Made by a program: the position numbers and the translations under genes. This document shows positions 53,538 through 64,000 of a DNA stretch of 64,000 nucleotides, piece after piece. The stretch's first letter is position 1. Each line of letters opens with the position of its first letter. Below the pieces are notes generated by a model, which had not been told where the DNA came from, searched no databases, and saw only the letters and a list, made by a program, of their open reading frames with translations. This stretch comes from Eledone cirrhosa (lineage: Eukaryota): positions 85,126,001-85,190,000 of the forward strand of contig OZ024746.1 of the NCBI GenBank assembly GCA_964016885.1. The letters run 5' to 3'.

Positions 53538-55448
53538 TTACTTACCTTCCGGGGTCTTGTGAAGGTCGGGTGGTTCGACCTCCATGGTTTGTGGGGTTTC
53601 TTTTGGGAACCCCTTTAATAGTCTTGACGTGGGTTTTACGTTCGGGGTTCCCACATCCCGAGGAAAGCTCTTTCGAATTTCTTTGTATGAAGCGAGCGAC
53701 ATTCGCATCAGAAGCAAATTATCTGGTACGCGAAATGTGCTCGCTTCAAATGTTTCCCCGTCTTTTTCGATGTTTGTGCTTCGTGCTACATGGGCCATCA
53801 ATTCCTTGTTGGCCCTTCTGGCAAGCACGAAGTTTTTAATGTTTTGTTGCTCGGGTTTTATTTGTTCGTGTGATTGTGGTGGTGATAGCTTTGTTAGTGT
53901 TGTTTCTATTGTGTCTGCGTTTGTTGTGGGTGGGGTGTCTGTAGTTTCTGATGTTTGTGTGTCTATTTGTTCTTGTGTCTGTTTAGCTTGTTTGCGTTTG
54001 GGGGATTTTGGTGGTTGTGTTGGTGATGCTGTGGGGAAAATGTTTGTGTGGGTGGTGTGTGTATTTTTTTTTGTGGGGGTGTTTGTGCTTTGTGGATTTC
54101 TTTTTTTTTTGTGTTTTGTTTTTTGTATTTTGGGGGACTTTGGTTTTCCCTCATCTTCACTGCTGGAGGATGAGGGGTCTGTGGCTGTGAGCGTGTTTGT
54201 GTCTGAGTGAGTGTTTATGTTCTTGTTCGTGTGTGTATTTTGGGGGGGAGGGGGAATGGGAGAGCTTTCCTCGTTTCCCCCCTGGGTGTGCAATTTTGGT
54301 GGTTCCATTGTTGACGGTGTTGCTGGTGGTCCTTGTCCCGGCGTCGCCAGCAGTGGAATCTTTCGACCCCTTGCGCTTTTCGGCAGTTGAGGGCAGAAGG
54401 CTCGCAAGTGTGTCGTTTCCCCACAAAGGAAACAATGCGGCCTTTTGCCCTCAGTCATTATATGCAACACCCTCCCGTTTTGGAGGCGGATGTGGTCCGG
54501 GATTGTTTTTACGTTTTCGGGTCTGATTTGGAGCAGTATCTCCAGATCAACCCCGGACCAGTCGTCCCTGGCAGTTCTCGTTGCCTCTACCGGGACTGTA
54601 TCCGTTCCTTCCACGATTACGCAACCCAGGAGCCACCACATATCAAGTCCTGGTGGAATCCTGGGAATGCGCACACGTGCTATTCGTTTTCCCATGTGGG
54701 AGGGGTACATTATGACCTTGCTGGTTTTGCAAGGGGTCATTGAATGCTTCACAGCGAGGGCTTCAGACTTGAACAGCACCGAAACGGTGCCGTATTGCCT
54801 GCCCCTCTCTATGAAGTCTGTGTCCTCTCTGATGTATTTCAGTGCGGCTTCTATGTCAGCTTGGGCGATTATCGCTGCCCTCTTTGTCTCTACTGAGATG
54901 CATCTGAAATGCACCGTTCTTTTTTCCACTGCCTCAATGGCTTCTGCCGGGACAGTTAAGTTTGCCCAGGTCTGCTCTTGATTTATGATTTTCCAGGCCT
55001 GGGCCAACTTTTCCTCTCTGTTGGTTAAGTCGATGCTGTAGCATGGTCTCCTTTTAGCCGCTGCCACAGCAGCGAAAGTGTTCTTGTTGGTGTTGTCACT
55101 GTTGTTGTTCTTGTTGGTGTTGCTGCTGCTATTGCTGTTGTTGTTCTCCCCTGTGTCGTGGTTACCCTCTGTGCTGTTGGCCTTGTTGGTGCTGCTGCTG
55201 TCGCTACTATTACTCTCTGTGCTGTTCGTTTTGTTGGTGCTCTCGCTATTACCACCTTCTGCGCTGTTCGGCTTGTTGGTGTTGGTGTTGTCGCTGTTAC
55301 CACCTTCCGCGCCGCTCGGCCCGTTGGTGCTGGCACTGTCGCTGCTCACATTCGTGCTGGTGGCGCTCCTCGCCTCACCTCTCCTCTCAACGCTCAAGTC
55401 GCCGTTGCACGACAGCAGACCCGCCTCTAGGGGGCGTGGCTCCGCCAT
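53538..55448 (-). CDS. ORF1 (gag-like nucleic-acid-binding protein) of the same Tx1/L1 element
   Basis: 636-aa ORF ending 29 nt upstream of ORF2 on the same strand. Zinc knuckle CFLCGETTHLRAFC. Low-complexity N/S/T N-terminus and K/T/P-rich C-terminal half. Confidence 0.9.
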   Translation of the reverse strand: MAEPRPLEAGLLSCNGDLSVERRGEARSATSTNVSSDSASTNGPSGAEGGNSDNTNTNKPNSAEGGNSESTNKTNSTESNSSDSSSTNKANSTEGNHDTGENNNSNSSSNTNKNNNSDNTNKNTFAAVAAAKRRPCYSIDLTNREEKLAQAWKIINQEQTWANLTVPAEAIEAVEKRTVHFRCISVETKRAAIIAQADIEAALKYIREDTDFIERGRQYGTVSVLFKSEALAVKHSMTPCKTSKVIMYPSHMGKRIARVRIPRIPPGLDMWWLLGCVIVEGTDTVPVEATRTARDDWSGVDLEILLQIRPENVKTIPDHIRLQNGRVLHIMTEGKRPHCFLCGETTHLRAFCPQLPKSARGRKIPLLATPGQGPPATPSTMEPPKLHTQGGNEESSPIPPPPQNTHTNKNINTHSDTNTLTATDPSSSSSEDEGKPKSPKIQKTKHKKKRNPQSTNTPTKKNTHTTHTNIFPTASPTQPPKSPKRKQAKQTQEQIDTQTSETTDTPPTTNADTIETTLTKLSPPQSHEQIKPEQQNIKNFVLARRANKELMAHVARSTNIEKDGETFEASTFRVPDNLLLMRMSLASYKEIRKSFPRDVGTPNVKPTSRLLKGFPKETPQTMEVEPPDLHKTPEGK

Positions 55449-55658
55449 GTTTTTTTGAGAAAAAAATTATTATTTTTTTTCAAAATAAAGTTCAAATATT
55501 TGGGCCAAAAGGCCCAAATATTATGAGTTATTCCTTCACAGGATACAAATTAATGTCTTATAATGCTTCAGCGGTACAAAAAATAAACAATTCTCTACAA
55601 TTAATCCTCAAAAATTGCTTACTCACGGAGCTTCAAAAAACGTACATCCACTTTCGTC

Positions 55659-55710
<52 letters not shown>

Positions 55711-55815
55711 GCAATAATAATAATAACGACAACAACAATAATAATATACATATTCATATATATATACACACACACGCACGCACATAAGCATATCTACACA
55801 CACACACGATAGCAA

Positions 55816-56996
55816 CTAACAGTGCTGCGATCGAATGTGGCTTTTTAGCCCAGCCAATGATCCAAAATGTCTTGCACAGAGTCGGCAACCAAAACATTTA
55901 CTGGGAATAGTCGGCTGTGGTTGGAGTTCGTGTACTTTTGCATGTCGCTTGAGTCCTCCTGCTGATTTACATTCTCTACCACATGTTTGGCAAGCATGAT
56001 GAGTAGCATCTCCAACAGCAGCCTGGTAGTCAACCACTGGTCTTACTTTATGACTGCGAAGATGACTTTCGAGTCCAGCTTTGCTTAGGCAGAGTCTCGC
56101 ACAGACGCTGCATGTCAGAAACATAGGAGGACCCTCGCCGTCTGGAAGTGCAACAGCAATACCCTTCCTCACGTCCCGCTTTACTTTCTCGTGTGCGATT
56201 CGAGATGCCTCAAAGGCAACTTTTCCCTCATATACAGTCTTTCTCCATTTATTACGATCAGCAGCAATATTTTCCCATGTATCAGCAGAGATGTTAGCGT
56301 CTTTCAGAGAGGCCTTCAAGGAATCCTTATACCTCTTTTTTGGTTTATGTGGCGGTCGTTTTCCTTTAACCAACTCTCCATAGAAGAGTTGTTTTGGTAT
56401 TCTAGAATCCTTCATCCTGGCAAGGTGACCACTCCAACGGAGTCGCTGCTTAAGCACAAGAGCTTCTATACTGTCACACATAGAGCTTTCCAAAATCTCG
56501 ACATCACTGATGTGGTCCCTCCAGCGAACGCCATGTATCCGTCTGAGACACATCTGATGGAAACGCTCCAATTGCTTAAGGTGGCGTCGATATGTGACCC
56601 AGGTCTCGCAGGCATAAAGAAGACAAGAGAGTACACATGCCCTGTACACCTTTACCTTTGTCCTCCTGCATATGTCTCGCCGACCCCAGAGTCGCCTTTC
56701 TAGCTTTCCGAAAGCATCACTTGCTTTCCTAATCCTAAGTGAGATTTCACTGTCAAGGTTGCCGTATCGATTGACAGTGCTTCCCAGGTAGACAAACTGA
56801 TCAACCACTCCAAGTCGTTTGCCATACACATAGATGTTTGGTTCAGTGTACTGCCTACCAGGTGCAGGTTGGTACATGACGACGGTTTTCTTGAGACTGA
56901 CAGTCAAACCCAGGGCAGTGCAAGCGCCAACGACCCGACCATGGGACAGGTTGTACTGGGATACATGTTACCAGTAGCACCAACTGGTGACCTGAC
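55816..56996 (-). pseudogene. Internally deleted RTE-clade LINE: 72-bp 5' module fused to RT C-terminus plus three C2H2 zinc fingers
   Basis: GLTVSLKKT, FVYLGS, LLYACETW, RLRWSGHLARM, RIPKQLFYGEL and RNKWR are RTE-type C-terminal motifs, followed by three C-x2-C...H-x3/4-H fingers. 56925-56996 matches the 5' end of the element at 31114. Confidence 0.85.
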
Positions 56997-57130
56997 ATAC
57001 ATACATACATACATACATACATACATACATACATACATACATACATACGTACTTACATACATACATGCATACATGCATACATACATACATACATACATAC
57101 ATACATACATACATACATACATACATACAT

Positions 57131-57387
57131 AAAAAAATGTTGCATCTAATAACTGCATATACACATGTACAAGATACAAAGCATATACACATGCACACAT
57201 AAAACTCAAAACATACACATCCACACATACAATAACATCCATATCTACACATGCATGCATGCAGACATACATACATATCTACCTAGTTGATGTTGTGTAA
57301 ATTCCAATGAGAGAGTCTTGTGTCTATGTTAGAAACCGACTCTCTCTCTATTGGTAAAACTTTGTGCAATTATAAAACCAGAAGAAC
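57131..57387 (+). mobile_element. R4-like LINE 3' fragment (array unit 3)
   Basis: Same start and end as unit 2. Confidence 0.8.
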
Positions 57388-57391
57388 ATAC

Positions 57392-57422
<31 letters not shown>

Positions 57423-57738
57423 CATACATACATACATACATACATACATACATACATACATGCGTACGTACATACATACATACATACATACATACATACA
57501 TACATACATACATACATACATACATACGTACTTACATACATACATGCATACATACATACATACATACATACATACATACATACATACATACATACATACG
57601 TACATACGTACATACATACATACATACATACATGCATACATACATACATGCATACATACATACATACATACATACATACATACATACATACATGCATACG
57701 TACATACATACATACATACATACATACATGCATACATG

Positions 57739-57770
<32 letters not shown>

Positions 57771-58501
57771 CATACATACGTACATGCATACATACATACA
57801 TACATACATACATACATACATACATACATGCGTACGTACATACATACGTACATACATACATACATACATACAAACATACATACATACATACATGCATGCA
57901 TACGTACATACATACTTACATACATACATGCATACATACATACATGCATACATACGTACATACATACATGCATACACATACATACATACACACATACACA
58001 CATACATACATACGTACATACGTACATACATACATACATACATACATGCATACATACATACATGCATACATACATACATGCATACATACATACATACATA
58101 CATACATACATACATGCATACGTACATACATACATACATACATACATGCATACATACATACATACGTACATGCATACATACATACATACATACATACATA
58201 CATACATACATACATACATACATACATACATGCGTACGTACATACATACGTACATACATACATACATACATACATACATACATACATACATACATGCATG
58301 CATACGTACATACATACTTACATACATACATGCATACATACATACATGCATACATACGTACATACATACATGCATACACATACATACATACACACATACA
58401 TACATACGTACATACGTACATACATACATACATACATACATACATGCATGCATACATACATACATACATACATACATACATACATACATACATACATACA
58501 T
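57388..58501 (+). repeat. Long degenerate (CATA)n tract
   Basis: Directly visible. Confidence 0.95.
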
Positions 58502-58749
58502 AAAAAAATGTTGCATCTAATAACTGCATATACACATGTACAGATACAAAGCATATACACATGCACACATAAAACTCAAAACATCCACATCCACACATAC
58601 AATAACATCCATATCTACACATGCAGACATACATACATATCTACCTAGTTGATGTTGTGTAAATTCCAATGAGAGAGTCTTGTGTCTATGTTAGAAACCG
58701 ACTCTCTCTCTATTGGTAAAACTTTGCGAAATTATAAAACCAGAAGAAC
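58502..58749 (+). mobile_element. R4-like LINE 3' fragment (array unit 4)
   Basis: Same start and end as units 2 and 3. Confidence 0.8.
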
Positions 58750-58753
58750 ATAC

Positions 58754-58784
<31 letters not shown>

Positions 58785-59354
58785 CATACATACATACATA
58801 CATGCATACGTACATGCATACGTACATACATACATACATACATACATACATACATACATACATACATACATACATGCATACGTGCATACGTACATACATA
58901 CTTACATATATACATACATACATACTTACATACATACATGCATACATACATTTCATACATACATACATACATGCGTACGTACATACATACATACATACAT
59001 ACATACATACATACATACATACATACATGCATACGTACATACATACTTACATACATACATGCATACATACATACATACATACATACATACATACGTACAT
59101 GCATACATACATACATACATACATACATACATACATACATACATACATACATACAGACACATACACACACACACACATACATACATACATACATACATAC
59201 ATACATACATACATACATACATACATACATACATACATACATACATACATAAATCCATACATACATACATACATACATGCATACGTACATGCATACGTAC
59301 ATACATACATACATACATACATACATACATACATACATACATACATGCATACAT

Positions 59355-59387
<33 letters not shown>

Positions 59388-59424
59388 TACATACATACAT
59401 ACATACATACATACATACATACAT

Positions 59425-59464
<40 letters not shown>

Positions 59465-59530
59465 ACATACATACATACATACATACATACACACACACAC
59501 ACGCATACGTACATACATACATGCATACAT

Positions 59531-59581
<51 letters not shown>

Positions 59582-59704
59582 TACATACATACATACATAC
59601 ATACATGCATACACACACACACACACACATACATACATACATACATACATACATACATACATACATACATACATACATACATACATACATACATACATAC
59701 ATAC
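58750..59704 (+). repeat. Long degenerate (CATA)n/(CA)n tract
   Basis: Directly visible. Confidence 0.95.
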
Positions 59705-60122
59705 TTTATACATTATGAGAGTGATGACATAGAGCAGAAAGGCAGAAGTAAGGAGGTTCAACTGATCGCTTTAACTCCTAAACTTAATAGTTTACTAATG
59801 AGATTCACACAAACGTCTTTCTTCTCTCCGCCATTTAAAAGACAACACTATAAAGCGATAGCCGCGAGGACATGACACGGCTTCCATCTTGGTAAATGGA
59901 ATCCAATGGCTGGCAATAGGAGGAGCAACCTGATTCCTCTGTGTGTCTATATGTATGTGTGTGTGCACCTGTGTATGTGTATGAGTGCGTTTATATGGGT
60001 GTATGTACATGTGATGTGTGCGTTTATATGGGTGTATGTTTTACCGAATGAGCGTTCCATACATGGTTTATATGCGTATATGTGTAAATATGAGAGCGTG
60101 TTAATTGCTTTGCATGTCTTTC

Positions 60123-60168
<46 letters not shown>

Positions 60169-60579
60169 CTAGTATATGCGTTATATACGTGGTTTATGTG
60201 TGTGTGCTCTAATGTGTGTGTGTGTGTATTCTTGTGTGCGCGTTTTATACGTGGTTTATGTGTGTGTGCGCTAATGTGTGTGTGTGTGTTCTTGTGTGTG
60301 CGTTTTATACGTGGTTCATGTGTGTGTGTATGCTAAAGTGTGTGTGTGTGTATGCTAAAGTGTGTGCGTGATATGTTTGTTTGCGTGTCTTTGTGTGTGT
60401 ATGTGTGTGTATGTGTGCGTGTGTGCATGTGTGTGCGTGGTAGGTTTGCGTGTCTTTGCGTGTCTTTGAGTGTGTTTGTGTGTATGTGCATGTGTGTTCT
60501 TGTATGTGCGTCATATACATAGTCAATGTGTATATGTGCTAGTGTGTGTACGTGTTAGGCTTGTTTGCCTGTCTTTGTT

Positions 60580-60613
<34 letters not shown>

Positions 60614-61241
60614 CATGCATGTCTATGTGTGCATATGAAAGTGTGATAAATCCGTAGTTTATATGTATGTATACGCTAATGTGTGTGCGTGTAAATTCGT
60701 TTAGGCATATCGGTGTGTATGTCTGTGTGTATGTGTGTGTGCGTGCGTGTGTATATAAGTGTACCTATGTGTGCTTATGAGTGTACGATCAATGTGCTCT
60801 TTATATGTATGTATGCGGTATGTGTGTGTTTTGTATGTGTAGTTTATGTGTATATTAAGTATCAGAGCATTTAACTTCTAGTGAGATGTCTATATGTGTA
60901 TATATGCTTTTATGCATATATACAGTGTGTGTATGTGTGTGTGTATATGTGTATATGTGTGTGTATGTGTGTGTATGGCTGCGTGAGCGTATGTGTTTGC
61001 GGGCGTGTATGCTTGTGTAAGAATATGCTGTTAGTCTGGGTTATATATGTGTGCATGCGTTAATTTATGTGCGTATCTTTGTAGGTGTGTGTATGTGTAT
61101 ATCTATGTACGTGTACATGTTTGTGTATATGTATGTGAGTATATGTGTGTGTGTATATGTATGTGAGTATGTGTGTGTACATGAATCGGTAGTTTATGTG
61201 GGATGTGTCAAGTGTGTGCATGATCTCATGTTCTTGTATAT

Positions 61242-61327
<86 letters not shown>

Positions 61328-61379
61328 GTATTTTGATTTTGCGTATCGTTTATGTATGGGTGTTTGCGTTGGTACCAGC

Positions 61380-61435
<56 letters not shown>

Positions 61436-61438
<3 letters not shown>

Positions 61439-62055
61439 GGACGGTGTAACTTGGAGGGGCGGGGGGGGGGGGGACATGCCCCTCCCCCCATATTTATATT
61501 TTCCTCCCCAAACTACTAAAATCTATTTGTACATGTTATGGAGAGATTGATGAGAGAAGTAGATATAGGTATAGAGAGGGGGGAGAGTTTGGGGGTGGTA
61601 ATGAATAGAGTAAGAGGATTGATAGAGACAGTTATTGTTAAATATAGAGAGGGGAGAGAGTTTGGTAGTGATAGATAGAGTGAGAGCGAATGAGAGAGAG
61701 TGTTGCATTGTAGATATAGAGAGAGGGATATTTTGGTGGCAATTGATATAGAGAATGGGTTTGGAACGAGTTCCATGTAGTAGATATAGAGAGGGGGGAG
61801 AGTTTGGTGCTAATTGATATAGAGAGGGGTAATGGAAGAGAGTTCCGTGTAGTAGCTATAGAGAGAGGGAGAGTTTGGTGCTAATTGATATAATGAGGAG
61901 GGGGGTGAAAGAGAGTACCATGTAGTAATTATAGAGAGAGGGATTGGAAGAAAGTTCCGTCTAGTAGATATATAGAGGGTGAGAGTTTGATGTTAATTGA
62001 TATAGAGAGGGGTATTGGAAGAGAGATCCGTGTAGTAGATATAGAGATGGGGGGA
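61436..62055 (+). mobile_element. DNA-transposon-like terminus (CAGGG...) followed by an internal AG-rich minisatellite
   Basis: 61436-61530 is the reverse complement of 8319-8412. The GATATAGAGAGGGG units at 61540-62055 recur reversed at 8962-9160. Confidence 0.55.
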
Positions 62056-62559
62056 GTGTAAGTTACTTTATTCAAAAGCACATGTGTTTAAGAATACATA
62101 CAACAAAATATTTGTCATGTAGAATTGATTGTTCCAGCTAGAACGAAGTCACATACAAATATACTAAGAGAAATTTAGTATATAGATATACACGCTCGGT
62201 CATTGTTGTTGTTGTTTAACCCTAGGTCAGCACTGATTGAGCTATCCTATGATCATGGGCCGTTCCAACCATGAGTATTAACATGTTTGTTTGCTTTGCT
62301 GTCTGTTTTTTAAACTACAATATTTAATGTTTTTTCTTCCTGTTTCGGGTAAGATATGATTTGCGGAAGATTTGGCTCTTATTTTTAGCAGGTCATGTGA
62401 CTACGAAACGTTCCTAACTGATGTTATTGTTGCTGTTGTTGCTGTTGTTACTGTTGTTATTTAGTGTCCGATCTGCTCTTGTCGATGAAACCTGGGCCAA
62501 AAGTGCCTAACGAATACTAAACACTAAGGAAACTAATACCATCATTGAGGTTTGTGAAA

Positions 62560-62810
62560 GATGGGAAAGAGCCATCGATCACAGCACATGTGATCCGAGG
62601 TCATCAGACAACCAGGTGTGTTTCTGTGACCTGGAAAGGTGAAGAACACAATACCTATTGAACTTCCACTCCTGTGAAAAACAGAAACAGCTTTCGAGTA
62701 GAAGAGTACCAAATATGAAAACCTTGTGCAGCAGTGCAGGGATGGAGGATGGCAGGCATTGGTTACTTTCAGTGGAGGTGAACTGCAGATGATTCTCGGC
62801 TGAAACAAAA
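62560..62810 (+). pseudogene. Degraded HERO/NeSL-like REL-endonuclease LINE fragment
   Basis: IELPLL*, AFE*KSTKYENLVQQCRDGGWQA and VEV.CR resemble IELTVPWE...RK..KY..L...C...GW...PVEVGCRG. Confidence 0.65.
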
Positions 62811-62906
62811 GCCATTTAGAGAGAGAGAGGGAGATGAGGGAAATGAAGAGAGGAACAGGGGGAAAGAAAGAAAGAGAGGAACAGAGGGAGAGAAAGAAAG
62901 AAAGAA

Positions 62907-62974
<68 letters not shown>

Positions 62975-63416
62975 AGAATGCCAGATAAGGAAAGAACAAA
63001 AGCGATTGAGCCAAAAACTAAGACAATGAAAAGGAGAAGATAACAAGACAATAACAGCGAAAGAGAAAAGTAAATTGGGAAAGAATTAACGAAGCAAAAG
63101 TAATAAAATTAAGCATAAAATAAAGAAAAAGAAAAAGACATAGTTGAAACAACGGCAACGACGATGACGATGACGACGAAAACAACAACATTAGCAAATA
63201 AATAAAATACATCTAACAGAAAACACTTGTGAAGGAAACAAATGGCCGACATATAAATCTTTCATTTCGAAATAACTAACGAAGGAGGAGACTAATACAG
63301 ATAAACAAAATAACGATACGGCCTTTGTGGATATATATATATATATGTGTGGGGGTGGGGGCGTGGGGGGGGTGTATGTGTGCGTGTATGTGTGTGTGTA
63401 GATAGATAGATAGATG

Positions 63417-63459
<43 letters not shown>

Positions 63460-63553
63460 GTGTGTGTGTTTGCGCATGTATGTATGTGTGTACTTGTATA
63501 TATTGTATGCGTATATATATATACGCAACGCATACAATATATACAAGTACACA

Positions 63554-63584
<31 letters not shown>

Positions 63585-63713
63585 GTATATATATGTATGA
63601 TATATATCTATGTATATACATATATATATACATACATATATATATATTTGTATATATATGTATGATATATATATATGTATATACATATATATATACATAC
63701 ATATATATATATA

Positions 63714-63785
<72 letters not shown>

Positions 63786-64000
63786 CACACACACTATATA
63801 TATATATATATATATAAAAGCTAAAACAATATATTGAGTGTTTTCTAGTACTGATATTATTATTATTATTATTACTAATGTTATTATTACCAGTATTATT
63901 TCATGTATCATTATTTATCTAGTTGTATTTTCTTTTTCAGATCGTCTGCTCTTTACAACTTTTTAAATCGCTTTCGACAGGAATATTTTTATATTATATC

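Larger units (their letters stand above)
49830..55658 (-). mobile_element. Full-length (~5.8 kb) Tx1/L1-clade LINE flanked on both sides by (ATT)n
   Basis: ~210-nt 5' UTR, ORF1, ORF2 and ~260-nt 3' UTR ending in AATAAATGAAATC then (ATT)n (49809-49829). The 5' end abuts (ATT)n at 55659-55745. Clearly more GC-rich than its flanks. Confidence 0.9.

Noticed and set aside
53509-53545. GTAAGT donor at the ORF1 end and pyrimidine-CAG before the ORF2 ATG, suggesting a spliced ORF1-ORF2 fusion
   Set aside because: The intron would be only 36 nt, and splicing gives an out-of-frame product (GAA GCA TGG CCA TAA).
50286-55458. Plus-strand ORFs overlapping the Tx1 element
   Set aside because: Antisense shadows of GC-rich coding sequence with no recognisable motifs.

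Overview
Eukaryotic, AT- and microsatellite-rich sequence, apparently intronic or intergenic. The SINE and repeat content suggests a coleoid cephalopod (Octopus-like), which is an inference. No host protein-coding gene can be supported, and almost all ORFs in the track are simple-repeat artefacts. The only intact genes are ORF1 and ORF2 of a full-length L1/Tx1-clade non-LTR retrotransposon (49830-55658, minus). It sits in an (ATT)n tract inside the 3' UTR of an internally deleted RTE element, which in turn interrupts a tandem array of R4/Dong-like 3' ends separated by (CATA)n. The window also holds at least four sequence-distinct families of minimal hammerhead-ribozyme motifs in Penelope-like direct/inverted repeats, a non-autonomous bipartite RTE family, tRNA-type SINEs, two hAT MITEs with 8-bp TSDs, relics of hATm-like, mariner, Helitron and HERO-like elements, and several multi-kb CCA/ACA or GGT/GTT arrays. 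All calls come from reading the sequence by eye. No database searches or folding programs were run, and the boundaries of degraded elements are approximate.
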